A stretch of 64,000 nt of DNA from Malacoraja senta (lineage: Eukaryota): contig JAXLNO010000977.1 of assembly GCA_038087875.1 (NCBI GenBank), positions 1 to 64,000 of the forward strand. Reading direction: 5' to 3'. The notes beneath the pieces were generated by a model. That model was not told where the DNA came from. It searched no databases and saw only the letters and a list, made by a program, of their open reading frames with translations. Both the position numbers and the translations under genes were made by a program. Within the stretch, counting starts at the first letter, position 1. Each line of letters opens with the position of its first letter. Shown piece after piece: positions 22,798 through 35,303 of the stretch.

Positions 22798-24685
22798 GTT
22801 TTAAATTTTCCATGAATGGCTTTGTATCAGATTGAATCTGATTTAAATCAGATTTTCTGCGCTCATACATTACCTCTACTACAGGAAGGCTTGTTAATGT
22901 TGAAAATAACATGAAAATGTATTTTAAATGGATAATTCAGTTTTTGTTGTAATTAAAGTCACATATCTTGTAACTTTCATATGAATTTTTAAACAAGCCA
23001 GAGAAGTAGATGTACTGAAGTATTTTTCTGGGAAAGCTAACTAGACTAGGATTTAACAAAACTATTTTGTAAAAGTATTAATAATAAATAGTAAAAGATC
23101 ATTTCTTGTATTGGGTTGATGGAGACATCGGGCTTATCAGTTTAAAATTACTGCAAAAAGACTTACATAACGGGTCGGAACCTGGCATGCTTTGCATTGT
23201 GACTGGCGAGTGGAGATTTATAATTCTGAAGGGAAATTTGGATAAATATTTAACACAGGAGGCGATACCGGCTATGGAGGGAGAGCAGAGCAATGCAGTC
23301 GTTTTTGTGTTTTTGTGTTGCAAGCTTCTGAATCTCGCTGAGGTTTGCTAATGGTCAAGAGATTTTCTTAGCACAAAGTATAATCAGGTTAATTGATATA
23401 ATCATGGTTTCTTAAATAAAAACATAAAAAGCACAACGAAATTGAATCAGTAGAGCCGAAGGAGATGAAAAGCAGCTGTCTGTAATAAAAGGGAACATTG
23501 CTCAATGGGATATTGGGAATTTGGAACTGCACAGCACCACGCATGTTACATATGAGCAAGTGTTCTTTGCTGCGTTTAATTGAAATTCTCCTACTGCTAT
23601 TCCAGACGCGTACAACGTTGAAAGTAAATAATGGAACACTTGGAGTTTAGGTGTTTAAATGTATATGTACATGCTTCTCATTCACTGCCAGCTGCTGCTT
23701 AATGCAGCCAGATTAACAAATGCCGACATTTGGCAGTCTGTCTGTTAGTTTTAAATTGAAACAAAATTGCCCAGTTGCACAATTCTGGCTTGCTGCACTG
23801 GTAGTTGGTTCAGAATGAAACTAGTGTTTAGTGCCAATGTATAATTGGGCAAATTATCATTCATTTATATATAAAGAAACACATGCCATTTTAAAAGAAA
23901 GATGTGGGCTTTGTACAGTGCAACCACAGTATCCTGTTTTCTACTCTGTGCACTTATAGTTTAGTGACATTTCTGTAATTATGGATGGGAATGTTTGTAT
24001 GTCTTGCATTGATCTGTTTTGATGAATAGCTGGTGGCAGGCGCCCAGTGTGAATACCCCTTCCCCCACCTCCCAAACCTCCTTTTCCCCCTCTCTGCAAT
24101 GCTGAATGAGTCAAGCCATTGGAATGTCTGGTGCATTGAGGAAAAGCAAAGCTTGTCTGGGAAAGTACTGTAATTTCTCTGGGGCATTGGAAAAGTTCTT
24201 TCCTGTTTCAAACGGTCTATTAAAATTCAAGGCTGTGGCTTTATTAGTTTGAATTATTTTTTGTGTGCAAATTGATGTGTGTTCCTGCGACAGTGGAGGT
24301 TACCAGAAGGAAGAGTGAAGTGCATCTTATTTACTTTTGCCGGTACCATGTGCTGTAACTCTCAATTTGATTGTGGTGCACTGTGTCAAGTACACAGCAG
24401 AATTGTCTTTCATTAATTTGATGTAGTCTCTTTGAGAGAATGACCAAATTCAAATGCATTTTGCAGCTACCCCTATCTCTGCAGATGGAGTTTAAAAAAG
24501 CAATTTTAAATTTTTGGGGGAGCAGCAGAAAACTTTGTTCTGTTTTCTTGTAATATAGAAATTTACAGCACAGGAAGAGGCTGTTTGTCCCTTCATGTCA
24601 TCAGAAAGGCTGCTCAGACTACGTATACACATGCTTTTTACTGAACTGTAAGCAAAAAATTAATGTCACTGTACCTAGGTACATG

Positions 24686-25110
24686 AATGAATGAAATTCT
24701 TTATTGTCATTATAACATGTAAACATGTACAACAAAATTAAAAATGCCAACCAGTCAGTGTACCATTCACACATGATCTAAAAGCTAACGATACGTAAAA
24801 GAGAAATATCTAAAATAAACAACTAAAATAAATAAACATGAAAAAAACAAGCATAAACACACAACCATACATTCTTCTGTCGATTTCACAATCCCTTTGG
24901 TATGTAGCGCACCTGCGCTCATGTGGTGGCTACATTAAGTGTAGTTATTGCTGTGGGTTAAAAACTGTTTTTGAGTCTGTTTGTCCTTGTCCTCATTGAT
25001 CTGTACCGTCTGCCTGACGGCAACAGTTCAAACAGGGAGTGGGAAATGTCCTTTATAATGTTCTGGGATTTCTTGAGACAGTGGGAACTGTGTAAGTTCT
25101 CCAAGGTGAG
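24686..25110 (-). mobile_element. 5'-truncated Rex1/Babar LINE inserted in an oppositely oriented LINE-type tail (24635-24685, 25121-25152)
   Basis: ORF ..CLKKSQNIIKDISH..LFELLPSGRRYRSMRTRTNRLKNSF; (cattt/catt)n-like tail; acatg on both sides. Confidence 0.8.
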
Positions 25111-26289
25111 GACATGTGAGGACATGTGACAATAAAGTGCCATTAAACAATTGCTCTGTAGTCTCGTGGCTCAAGTCCGTTGAGAGCATATCCAGGCTCT
25201 AAATGTGGTATGTGTTGACATGCTTTTCTACCTTTTCTATGCCGCTTTTAACAGCAAAATCAATCTTCCTGTCATCTTTTGGTCAGGGCACCCATTATTT
25301 CCACGTGTTTTTCTCAAAAGCTGCTGAAGCTTTTAACGTTTTCTCTTGCGACAACTTAGTTAGCGGTGGAGGAATGTGGATGGTGTTGAGGGAATCAGCT
25401 GATACCCTGAAACCTCTGCCCTGGGCCACACTGTTCAAACACGCTCCACCATCTACTAAGTATGGGCAACCTGGCTTTTGGCATAAGGCTCAGCCTGGCA
25501 GTGGCAGGGTTGCCATGGTGCAAGCAGGCCACACGGCGAATTTGACATCCACTGCCCCTCATTGCCTTGAACCAGGCTCACCGGTCTCCGAAGCTGTGAC
25601 AGGGTTACTGAACATGTTGGTGAGCGATCAGGACCAGTGGTGGCTTTTTAATATAATAAATAATATATACTATTTTAAAAATTTGATATTTTTAAATAGC
25701 ATTCAACATGCTAAACCGATTCACTGAAAACATTGAAATGTTTAAGTAAAAAATAAACAAGTGCTCACCTCCCAGCAGTGAATGATTTCCGCAGCTGGCA
25801 CAAGTGACGAGGTTTACTGAAGGCAGACTTTACAGACTTTACAAGGGAGAGCTATTGCTCCCTGCCCGCTCCTTTGTTTGCATGCCCGTTACATCTTTGT
25901 AAATTACAATTATTTCCCTTAATTTGATTTACCAATATTTTGTCATGCACTTACTTTAACTTTTTTGCTTCACCCTAAACATATATATATTCTTGTAGAC
26001 TTCTATTGGACAGAAGCTTTCATTTTAAGCTTTTTTCATGCATTAACCCACCAGTCTTTGACATCTAGCTGATCCAAATTTCAAAATCTAATGCATTTTA
26101 TTAATGAGAATATGTATCTGGAAATTTGCCTAAAGTGCTGCACTAAATGTGCTGTATTCACTTCCTTTGCAAGAATTTTGGAGGCAGGACACAGAGTACG
26201 CATCCAACTACATTAGGCATTGATTGGAACCTACAATGACCCTCCATAAATGACTCCTGTAAACAGGCTTGGGATGAGAAGAGGTGGTG

Positions 26290-26430
26290 CGTGAGTGATA
26301 GAGTGAATGTTCAAGGCAGTGGATGGGCTGTCCTGGGTGATGTGTTAAAGTTGCAGTCGTGCAGGAAAATGGCACGTATTCCATCACATGCCTGTCGAGC
26401 ACTTCAGAGATGGTGAAAGGCTTTGGGGGT
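26290..26430 (-). mobile_element. Ancient CR1/L2-group LINE fragment
   Basis: Frame DRHVMEYVPFSC resembles the VRSVMEYSPLAW motif; similar to 48390-48460. Confidence 0.45.
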
Positions 26431-26440
26431 AGTGTGATAG

Positions 26441-26716
26441 TTTAGGTTATTATTGTCACGTTTACCAAGGTACAGTGAAAAGCTTTTATGTCACATGCTA
26501 TCCAGTCAATGAAAAGACTTTGCACGATTACAATCAAGCTGTCCACAGTGTACAGGTACAGGATAAAGGGTATATCATTTAGTGCAAGATAAAGTCTGAT
26601 TAAAGATGGTTCAAACGTCTCCAATGAGGTAGATGGGTGGTCAGGACTGCACTCTAGCTGGTGAGAGGATGGTTCAGTTGCCTGATAACTGCCGGGAAGA
26701 AATTGTCCCTGAATCA
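26441..26716 (-). mobile_element. Rex1/Babar LINE 3' end
   Basis: Minus: gattcagggacaatttcttcccggcagttatcaggcaactgaacc...cttttcactgtaccttggtaaacgtgacaataa. Confidence 0.8.
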
Positions 26717-27970
26717 GATGCGTTATTGATCCTTCTATCAAATGATTAAAACATCTTTCAAATATATTTTAAATAATTACCCATTACCTAGAACTTTTTA
26801 ATTCCTTATTTTCAAGTTAATGAAATCCTCTTCTATCACTGTCCCTTATAATTTGCATTTCAGTTTTCCCTCTAATAGTCCTTAGTGGGTCCAGTGGAGA
26901 TGTTGCCTCTTATTCTGCACCTCAATTCAACCAATGATCTGATCTGATGATTTTTCTGGTTCACACGACAGAAATTGTTTCATGAGCATGAAGTCAGCAG
27001 AGGTGAATGAGTTATTCAACAATGTTTTCAGTTCTGAAAAGATGCCCCCTCTTCTGATGCAGCTTTGGAAAACAGTTCAACACAAGCTGGCATTTGAACA
27101 TGGGCCTGTGTTCCTGATATCTTCTCTGCAGTGTTTTGCATGAACTTTGGAAGATCTTAGCTAAAACTGTTTTACTTGGAATTTACGACTCTGTGGAAAG
27201 CCATCCGGCCAATTGGTCGATGCCCAACCTATGTTATGAATGAGCTGTATTCCACACTACTTCATGCAACATTGTGAATGTCACCGTCTCCACTTCGGTC
27301 TGCAGTGGACAACCGTCGATCACTTTAAATACATTTTGGGGGACAATTCATATCTACATTATTGAGGTTGTAATTGGTGTCTGAGAGTATGCATTTACAT
27401 CAACACCACATCAGGGTCTACACTAGTTGTCTGAGGTGTTTGGGCAGCAGTCTCCCTCTCATGTACAATGCCGGAGGTAAAACTGACCTCGCCCAAGAAA
27501 CGTTCACAAGGGTCTTTCCTTGCAGTGTGGTGCAAATTGGGCCCTGTTGTGCCAGCCTTTGACACATTAGATCCAGCTTCAATGAGAGCCATTTTTAGTG
27601 ATGAGTCCCCTACACCCAAAGGATCTGCTGAAAGACACCATGTTTGCATCGGGTGCTCCCCAGAACCAGTACTGCACCTATGCACATTAGTGCCACCATT
27701 CAGATCCTGCAGATCACGATGACCAGTGAGAAATAACACACTTCCTTGAAGCTATCTTGCCAATGCACACAGCATTGCAGAGATGGCCAGGTGTCAGGCA
27801 AGCTCTGCTCTGGATTCTGAAGTAGTCCCCAAGTTTTTTTTTTTTATTGAAGAAAGCAATAAATTCATAGCATTGAGCCAAGAAGAAGAGGCATACCTCA
27901 GGAAAGTATGCAAGAGTACTAGATGTACCAATTCTCCTGATGACCTGAGATTAATTTCTCGGCAAACTGT

Positions 27971-29355
27971 TTCATAAGTTCATAAGTTATAGGTGCTGAA
28001 ATAGGCCATTCGGTCCATCAAGTCCAGTCCGCTATTCAATCATGGCTGATCTATCTTTCCCTCCCAACCCCATCCTCCTGCCTTCTCCCCATAACTCCTG
28101 ACACCTTTACTAATCAAGAATCTGTCAATCTCCACCGCAACAATATCCATTGACTTGGCCTCCATAGCCTTCTGTGGCAATTAATTCCACAGATTCAGCA
28201 CCCTCTGACTAAAGAAATCCCTCCTCATCTCCTTTCCAAAGTTACATCCTTTTATTCTGAAGCTTTGGCCTCTGATCCTGGACTTGCCCACAAATGGAAA
28301 TATCCTCTCCATGTCCACTCTATCCAGGTCTTTCACTCCGTCTACGGTGCATCAGCGCCCAGGATGAGGTTTTCCATTCCAGATCATCGGAGATGTGTTC
28401 ATTCTTTTGGAAACGTGGGTTCCCCTCTTCCATTATAGATGAGGCTCTCACTAGGGTCTCCTCGATATCCTGCAGCTCCGCTCTTGCTCCCCCTCCCCCC
28501 ATTCGTAACAAGGACAGAGTCCCCGTCCTCACCTTCCACCACATCAGCCGTCGCATACAGCATATAATCCACCAACATTTTTGCCACCTCCAACGGGATC
28601 CCACTACTGGCCACATCTTCCCATCTCCACCCCTCTCTACTTTCCGCAGAGACCGTTCCCTCTGCAACTCTCTCGTCAACTCGCCCCTTCCCACCCAAAC
28701 CACCCCCTCCCCAGGTACTTTCCCCAGCAACCGCAGGAGATGCAACACCTGTCCCTTTACCGCCCCCTTCGACTCCATCCAAGGACCCCAACAGTCTTTT
28801 CAGGTAAGGCAGAGGTTCACTTGCACCTCCTCCAACCTCATCTACTGTATCCGCTGTTCTAGGTGTCAACTGCTGTACATCAGCGAGACCAAGCGCAGGC
28901 TCGGCGATCGTTTCGCTGAACACCGCCGCTCAGTCCGCCTTAACCTACCTGATCTCCTGGTTGCTCAGCACTTTAACTCCCCCTCCCACTCCCAATCTGA
29001 CCTTTCTGTCCTGGGCCTCCTCCATTGTCAGAGTGAGGCCCAGCGCAAATTGGAGGGACAAACAGCACGTCATATTTTGCTTTCGTAGCTTACACCCCAG
29101 CAGTATGAACATTGACTTCTCTAACTTCAAATAGCACTCTCTCTCCATCCCCTCCCCCTTCCCAGTTCTCCCACCCCTCTTACTGTCTCCGACTACATTC
29201 TATCTCTGTCCTGCGCACTCCCCTGACATCACTCTGAAGAGGGGTCTCGACCCAAAATGTCACCCATTCCTTCTCTCCAGAGATGCTGCCTGTCCCGCTG
29301 AGTTACTCCAGCATTTTGTGTCTACCCAGGTCTTTCACGTTACGGTAAGTTTCAA
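27971..29355 (-). mobile_element. CR1 LINE 3' end, interrupted by a Penelope element at 28337-29325
   Basis: (ttcataag)n tail, collinear with 17800-18136; CR1 sequence resumes after the PLE (ggtaagtttcaa). Confidence 0.85.
28337..29325 (+). mobile_element. 5'-truncated Penelope-like element (RT C-terminus, Cys-rich linker, GIY-YIG endonuclease; Neptune-like)
   Basis: ORF ..RRCNTCPF..FTCTSSNLIYCIRCSRCQLLYISETKRRLGDRFAEH..VAQHFN; 13-bp TSD ccaggtctttcac (28324-28336, 29326-29338). Confidence 0.92.
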
Positions 29356-29883
29356 CGTTCAAAGTGCCGTCAAACGTTTGTTTTTGTGCAGTTGGGACGG
29401 GCTCCAACTTGCAAGCCAAGTTGACAGTGAAATCAGCTCAGGGACTTTGAGCCTCCCAGTTCATTGCCACCTTTGTGCCCACAAACAAACAATGAGAAAT
29501 TTGTACCCCAGTGTGCACAAAGCATTTGTCTGATGAGAGGTGAGCAAAGGGTCAGTCCACGCTTGTAATTGCGGTTTTGTTCAATGAAATGCACTGTCTG
29601 GTTTTGGACTAACTGACCAGACAGTCTCAATAAACAGTCTGCATTTTATGGTTGGATGGCAAAGTTCATATTTTGTGACTAAAGAACTTATGGTTGGCGA
29701 GTATATTTGCTGCACTGAAGACATACAGTCGTTGAGGAATTGCTGCAGAGAGGAGACTGATTTCCTATAAAGGATATTTATATGACACATGTACAGAACC
29801 CTGTGCCGGTCCTTGCAACTGGATGATGCATAGGTTACATTTTTGTATAAACTGTCTTGCTCCAAAAAAAATAACATTAAAGA

Positions 29884-29891
29884 TCTCTCTT

Positions 29892-29923
<32 letters not shown>
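29884..29923 (+). repeat. (CT)n microsatellite
   Basis: Read directly. Confidence 0.9.
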
Positions 29924-29939
29924 CAACTTTCCTTTCAAA

Positions 29940-30180
29940 TAAAATGTATGCAAATGTTTTAATTTATCAGGATCTGTAATTAAATGAAATTGCATTTTAT
30001 CTGATCAACTAGAAAAAGTAATGGGGTTTTCAGAGATCTCTGGCATTACAAATGTTATCAGGTCCTTTAAATATCAAAGTTTGATTAATTATTAATCACT
30101 AATTAATGGTCGTGAAAGGGCAACTGAAAAAGATGGAACAATGTGGAATCACGAAAGTGTGACTTTATGTTTGTTTTGTT
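29940..30180. promoter_or_regulatory. Candidate conserved enhancer-like element
   Basis: Unique sequence with dense TAAT/ATTA sites (tgattaattattaatcactaattaat), ATCAAAG (TCF/LEF-like) and AACAATG (SOX-like). Conservation not tested. Confidence 0.35.
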
Positions 30181-30478
30181 TTAATGTTCTTATTCTCCAG
30201 GAAGGAGCATTCTTTATGACATATTCTTCACCCATGCGCAGAATCATCAGCACTCATAATTCCCACATTCTTATCTTGAGTAGTATTTCAAAAGAATATA
30301 CACTTAATATTAATAATGAGAGAAGGCTTTTCAGTCTCATTCGGCTGACTTATTTTTGTTAAGATCTATGTCAGGATCCACATGGACTATTTAAGGCTTA
30401 TGTTACCTGATTTCTTTAAGCACCATCCTCGTCAGCCTACTTGATCATCCTACCCTTTAACACAACCAGTCAAATTCA

Positions 30479-30790
30479 GGGCAGCACAATGCCACACCAC
30501 AGCTGGTAGAGCTGCTTCCTCACAGGGCTAGAGACCCAGGTTCCATCCTGACCTTGGGTGCTGATAGTGTGGAGATTGCACGTTCTTCCTGTGACATATA
30601 GGTTTTCTTAGGGGTGCTCTGGTTTCCTCCCAAACCTCAAAGACGTATGTGTTTGTAAGTTGATTGGCTGCTGCAAATTACCCGGAGTGTTTAGCGACTG
30701 GATGCAAAAGTGCGATAACATAGAACTAATGTGGTCTGCGTGGATTTGGTGGGCCGAATGGCCGGTTTCCATGCTAAATCCCAAAAGATA
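30479..30790 (+). mobile_element. HE1-type SINE
   Basis: tRNA-like head, ggttccatcc B box, V-domain ggtgctctggtttcctccc, tail gggccgaatggccggtttcc. Confidence 0.85.
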
Positions 30791-31156
30791 AATAACAAAT
30801 AGGACACCTCCCCCCTTGTTTCCTACCCATTTATAGTCATGACAACCCTGGTTCTGGCTTTGCTTCTTTTCACCTCCAGAGTTTCCCCAGGCTGCCCCTC
30901 TGGACTCCATCCATTCTCTCCCTCATCTGCATGCGGCCCTTCAGTGATGTGTGTTAACCAGTGTGACAGCATCCACATGTTTGTTGATATTGCTCACCAG
31001 CATCACCACCTCTGTTATTGGATAGCTTAGTTGATAGTCTCGGATAAGCCTCCCAGCTGAATGATTGGACAACAATCTAGGAGCAATTCAGCATCTAAAC
31101 ATGAGAAATGTGATGTGACAAGAATACATATGCAACTGAGATACAAGTTAATTGTG

Positions 31157-31454
31157 TTTAGACTTTAAAGATACAGTGCGGAAATAGGCCCTTCGGCCCA
31201 CCGAATCTGCGCAGACCAGCGATCACCCCTTCCTAACACTAGGAACACTAGGGACAACTTACAATTTTACCGAAGACAATTAACCTACAAATCTGCATGT
31301 CTTTGGAGTGTGGAAGGAAACCAGAGCACCCAGAGGAAACCCACGCAGTCGCAGGGAGAACATACAAACTGCGTATAGACAGCACCTGTAGTCAGGATCA
31401 AACCTGGGTTTCTGGAGCCGTAAGGCAGCAACTCTATCGGTGTGCCACGGCGCC
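31157..31454 (-). mobile_element. HE1-type SINE
   Basis: Collinear with 12641-12944. Confidence 0.9.
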
Positions 31455-33874
31455 TTGCTGAATATGTGATATATACTCTCAACATGTACAAATTGCAGTT
31501 TCATATCTACAAATATTTTTTTTTATTCTCCCATTTCCTTCTCTCTGTTGCATAGTTGACAGCCAAGATTAGACTAGGTCAGTTTCCCCTCTAGATCACC
31601 TAGTTAATTGAAGGAACCACTGTAACCCTCAGAACAACCTGAGGGAATCCACCAGTGAGTCACCAGCGAAGGCCCATCATCTGTGCCTTTTGTGTTTATT
31701 TAAAACTAAACCAAAATTATGTAAAAACTACCAAGATGTTATTGCACTTATTGCATGATCCAAATCTGTTCTGCACCCAAATTATACTTAAGGTTTACTT
31801 GCTCTGAAATCTGTGTCTCCTTATTTACTGCAAGCTTCCAGCAGATTGCCTTCAGGAAGGTATTAACCTACTTTTACATTTGCATTATCTCTTGTCTTCA
31901 GCATGCTGCTAAATCTATTTTTGTTCATCTGGTATTCTGTGAGAGAAGTTTCTAAGGTATGTTTTTTACAGAGGTCAGAACTTGCAACCAAGCAAATCAA
32001 AAAATGGAGAGGGGAGTCTTTCCTTTTAGTGTCATAGTCATTTTCAGGAAAATGTAGGATCCTTGGGTCTAACATGGAGCCTTGTCTACTTGAGGTACTC
32101 CTTCGGAAGAATGATCCATTTTGATGGATGAAAAATAGCAGCCTAGACACGCATGTTGTCAGAAAAGTTCCAATCACTATGAGGTGAGTGGTGAGACAGG
32201 CTTCCGCTGTACGGTGTCAGAACATACACAATGGATTAGAGATTAGAGGTTGGGCCAATGGCTGTATCCTCGTGTCATCTTTCAGGGCAGTGGGGGTTGC
32301 TGTGGGACATGGAGTGAACCATTGAAGGTTCTATTGCGGCATCAGCACATGATCGCTGTCTCCCACTGCCATTCACTGCTGCCTTGGGCTTCCTCGGCCA
32401 AGCCAAAGCAGGCCGCTCATTTGCAATGCAGGGCAGCTCCTGCAAGTAACTGCATTGATCGGGGGCCAAGGTTGCATTTGTTGCCGCCACTTCTAGCTTA
32501 ATGCATCATACACACGAGATCCTGGCAGCAAATTCATGGGCAGCATCTAGCACACTCTATAGTGAAGTTCCTTCAGCCCACTTTGTCCATGGTGACCACT
32601 TTAGCATACTGGGCTCGTCCCATTTACCTGCACTTTGGGTATATTTGACAGTGATAGAAATGTTATAGTTGCAGTAATGTAAGGAGGTTAATCTGCTGAA
32701 CTTGCTTTTAAAATTTTGGGCTGCTTTGAAAGAAACTTTTAAAACATGTCTTCTATAATTTCCTTTAAAAATAGCAGAAACATTGTTATCTGTGAAAGGG
32801 AGTATATGTGTTAATCTAAATCAACTAAACTAGAAGTCTAAACGTAGGTCTTTGGCACTATGACCTTTGTCAGACTCAGCTATTTGATTAGTGTGAAGAA
32901 AAAATGATACTGAGTTCATGTAAATCTTTGCAAGCTGCTTGTTGACAAGATTCAAAATGTAGAAAGAGATAAAGACTTGAATCGTGCAAATGAGATTGAG
33001 GTTTGCTGAATTTTGCATTCAGGGATTTCTTTGCAAGCAGTAAAGATACAATTATTCTGGCAAGAATAACCAAGAGCGGAAGAGATAAATCAGGTGTTTT
33101 ATGTTTCCAGGCTAATCACTAACTTCAGTGTCTTACGCTCATTGCTTTTTGGGGACTAATTTGTAATTATTTGGAGAAGAGATGAATAATAATATTTGGT
33201 TATCAGATCTCACTCAATCACTTGACCAACATAAGGAAAACTTACTAGAAAATCACAGTTTTTTGGCAGAGTTGAAATATTGTGCAATGAGAAATTTTGA
33301 AGCAGTCATATAAATCTGTACCCCAGAATTGCTCTGTGAAAATTCACATTAACTTATAGACTGGTAACCTGTTCCCTTTTTAGTTATCTTTCTTCCTTGG
33401 CTTAAAGCTTGGTACTTATTCACTTCCAATACCCTGTCAATAGGCTGTAAACCACATCTGACGGCTCACAGTAAATCTTTGCAACCTGCTTAATTGCGGG
33501 GTACAAAGCCAGATTCACACCTGTTTTCTACACTCCCATCTCTCCAACCTGGCTTCGAAAAGCTGATCAGAAGTAGGAACCCTTGTAGCATCTCACCTCC
33601 TTGGGCCCTAGCCATGAAGCTGTTACTGTGATCTCACCATTGCATTTGCCCTCGATCAACTAACTTAGGACAATTCTGAGGCCATCTTTACCCCCTGCTC
33701 TCTATCATCAGATATCAGTCATCCAGATAAACACTGGGTATTAGGAAGAATGCTGAATATTGATTTCATTGAAAGTACATGCATACGGTCAATATATTGT
33801 TTTAAAACGTTTTCTTTGCTTTAGCACCATTTCATAATGAAGGAAGTTTTAATATTTTTTCAGCAATTTTTATC

Positions 33875-34146
33875 TTTAGTTTAGAGGTACAGCGCAGAAA
33901 CAAGACCTTCGGCCCACCGAGTCCGTGCCGACCAGCGATCCCCCAACACTAGCACTATCCTAAACCCTAGGAACAATTTACAATCTTTACCAAAGCCAAT
34001 GAAGCTGCAAACCTGTACGTCTTTGGAGTGTGGGAGGAAACCGGAGCACCCAGAGAAAACCCACGAGGTCACAGGGAGAACGTACAAACTCCATACAGAC
34101 AGCACCCGTAGTCAGGATTGAACCCGGGTCCAATGGCAGCAACTCT
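33875..34146 (-). mobile_element. HE1-type SINE, head truncated
   Basis: Collinear with 12641-12944. Confidence 0.9.
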
Positions 34147-35145
34147 CCCCTAAATTTAATATTTCAAGAGCTCTGGGTAACAATGCAGGACACTCCTATC
34201 AAGAAAATCTTTGCAGTTTACATATGGATTTGTTATTCTATCCAAAGTATGGGTGGAATTTCTGGTGCAAGATCATTACTGTGAACTAGCTGAGTGCTTG
34301 GTTCACTGAGCTGCAGTCAGTGGGTATTGGAAGTGGCTTTGTGGAGGAGAGGTCATTTGTCTGTCACACTTCCGCATTTGCACCATTGCTCGGAGGTGAG
34401 CCAGCCTAGATTGCTGTGACCCATACAATGATGCGATGGTCTAAAGCAGGTGCCTCTAAGCCACATTCTTTGGTACACTTGGGCAGGCACTGACCAAATG
34501 AGGCCAACTGACAAGATGGACCTCCTCACCTGTGGCTGCTGCCACTGGAAATGTTGGTAAGGACCATGTTACTCAAGTGCTGATGCCTCGCATTCCTTAC
34601 TCGGGTTCAAGAAGACGAATGGCTCCTGACTCCCAGAGTTGATCTGACCTCCTGCTGAAAGTATTTCTCCCCTCCTTTTTCCTCCTGCCTCATGCATCAG
34701 CTGCTTCTGTTCTGTGTGCCCAACCTTTGCTCACCATTTGTGCCGTCTACCAAGGGGAGGCCTGCTGAGGAGGCGAGTCTGGGAGCTGTTGGCTTGAACA
34801 AAGACCTTGCAGTCAGCAAAAGATCCTGCGGCACCTGGAGCACCCCCCCCCCTCCCCCCCCCCCCATGGGATTGCGGTTTCAAACAGCTACGTAAAGCAG
34901 CAGACACAGAATTATAGCAAAGGCCAACAAACAATTAACCAGCAAACCAGCTGGGAGTAGTGGATGGTCCCTTTAAATCGTGCCGTTGGAGGTCCTTCCT
35001 GTTGCATGCATTTCCAGTCCAGTGAGGTTCAGAGCAAACAACAATGGTGTCTAACTTCACGTTTACATGCGCTACTTAGCATGCATTCTCAATGAAATGA
35101 AGTTCAGCATGCCATTTGTCCACAAGTGAACAAGTGGATCACTTT

Positions 35146-35303
35146 GGAAGCACAGTGGTGCAGCGGTAGACTGTACTGCCTCACAGCGCCAGTGACCCGG
35201 GTTTGATCCTGACTATGGCTGCTGTCTGTATGGAGTTTGTGCATTCTCCCTGTGACTGCGTGGGTTTTCTCCGGGTGCTCCGGTTTCCTCCCACACTCCA
35301 AAG
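35146..35303 (+). mobile_element. HE1-type SINE 5' half
   Basis: gcacagtggtgcagcggtag...ccgggtgctccggtttcctcccacactccaaag, then abrupt end. Confidence 0.88.

Noticed and set aside
25769-25816. Minus-strand 48-nt exon-like segment (cttcAG...GAG|GTGAGC; one frame NLVTCASCGNH)
   Set aside because: Weak pyrimidine tract, no partner exons, probably within an old repeat, and opposite to the other splice candidates.
28790-28810. ttttcAG|GTAAGG as another recursive site
   Set aside because: Lies inside Penelope coding sequence with a short tract and nearby upstream AGs.
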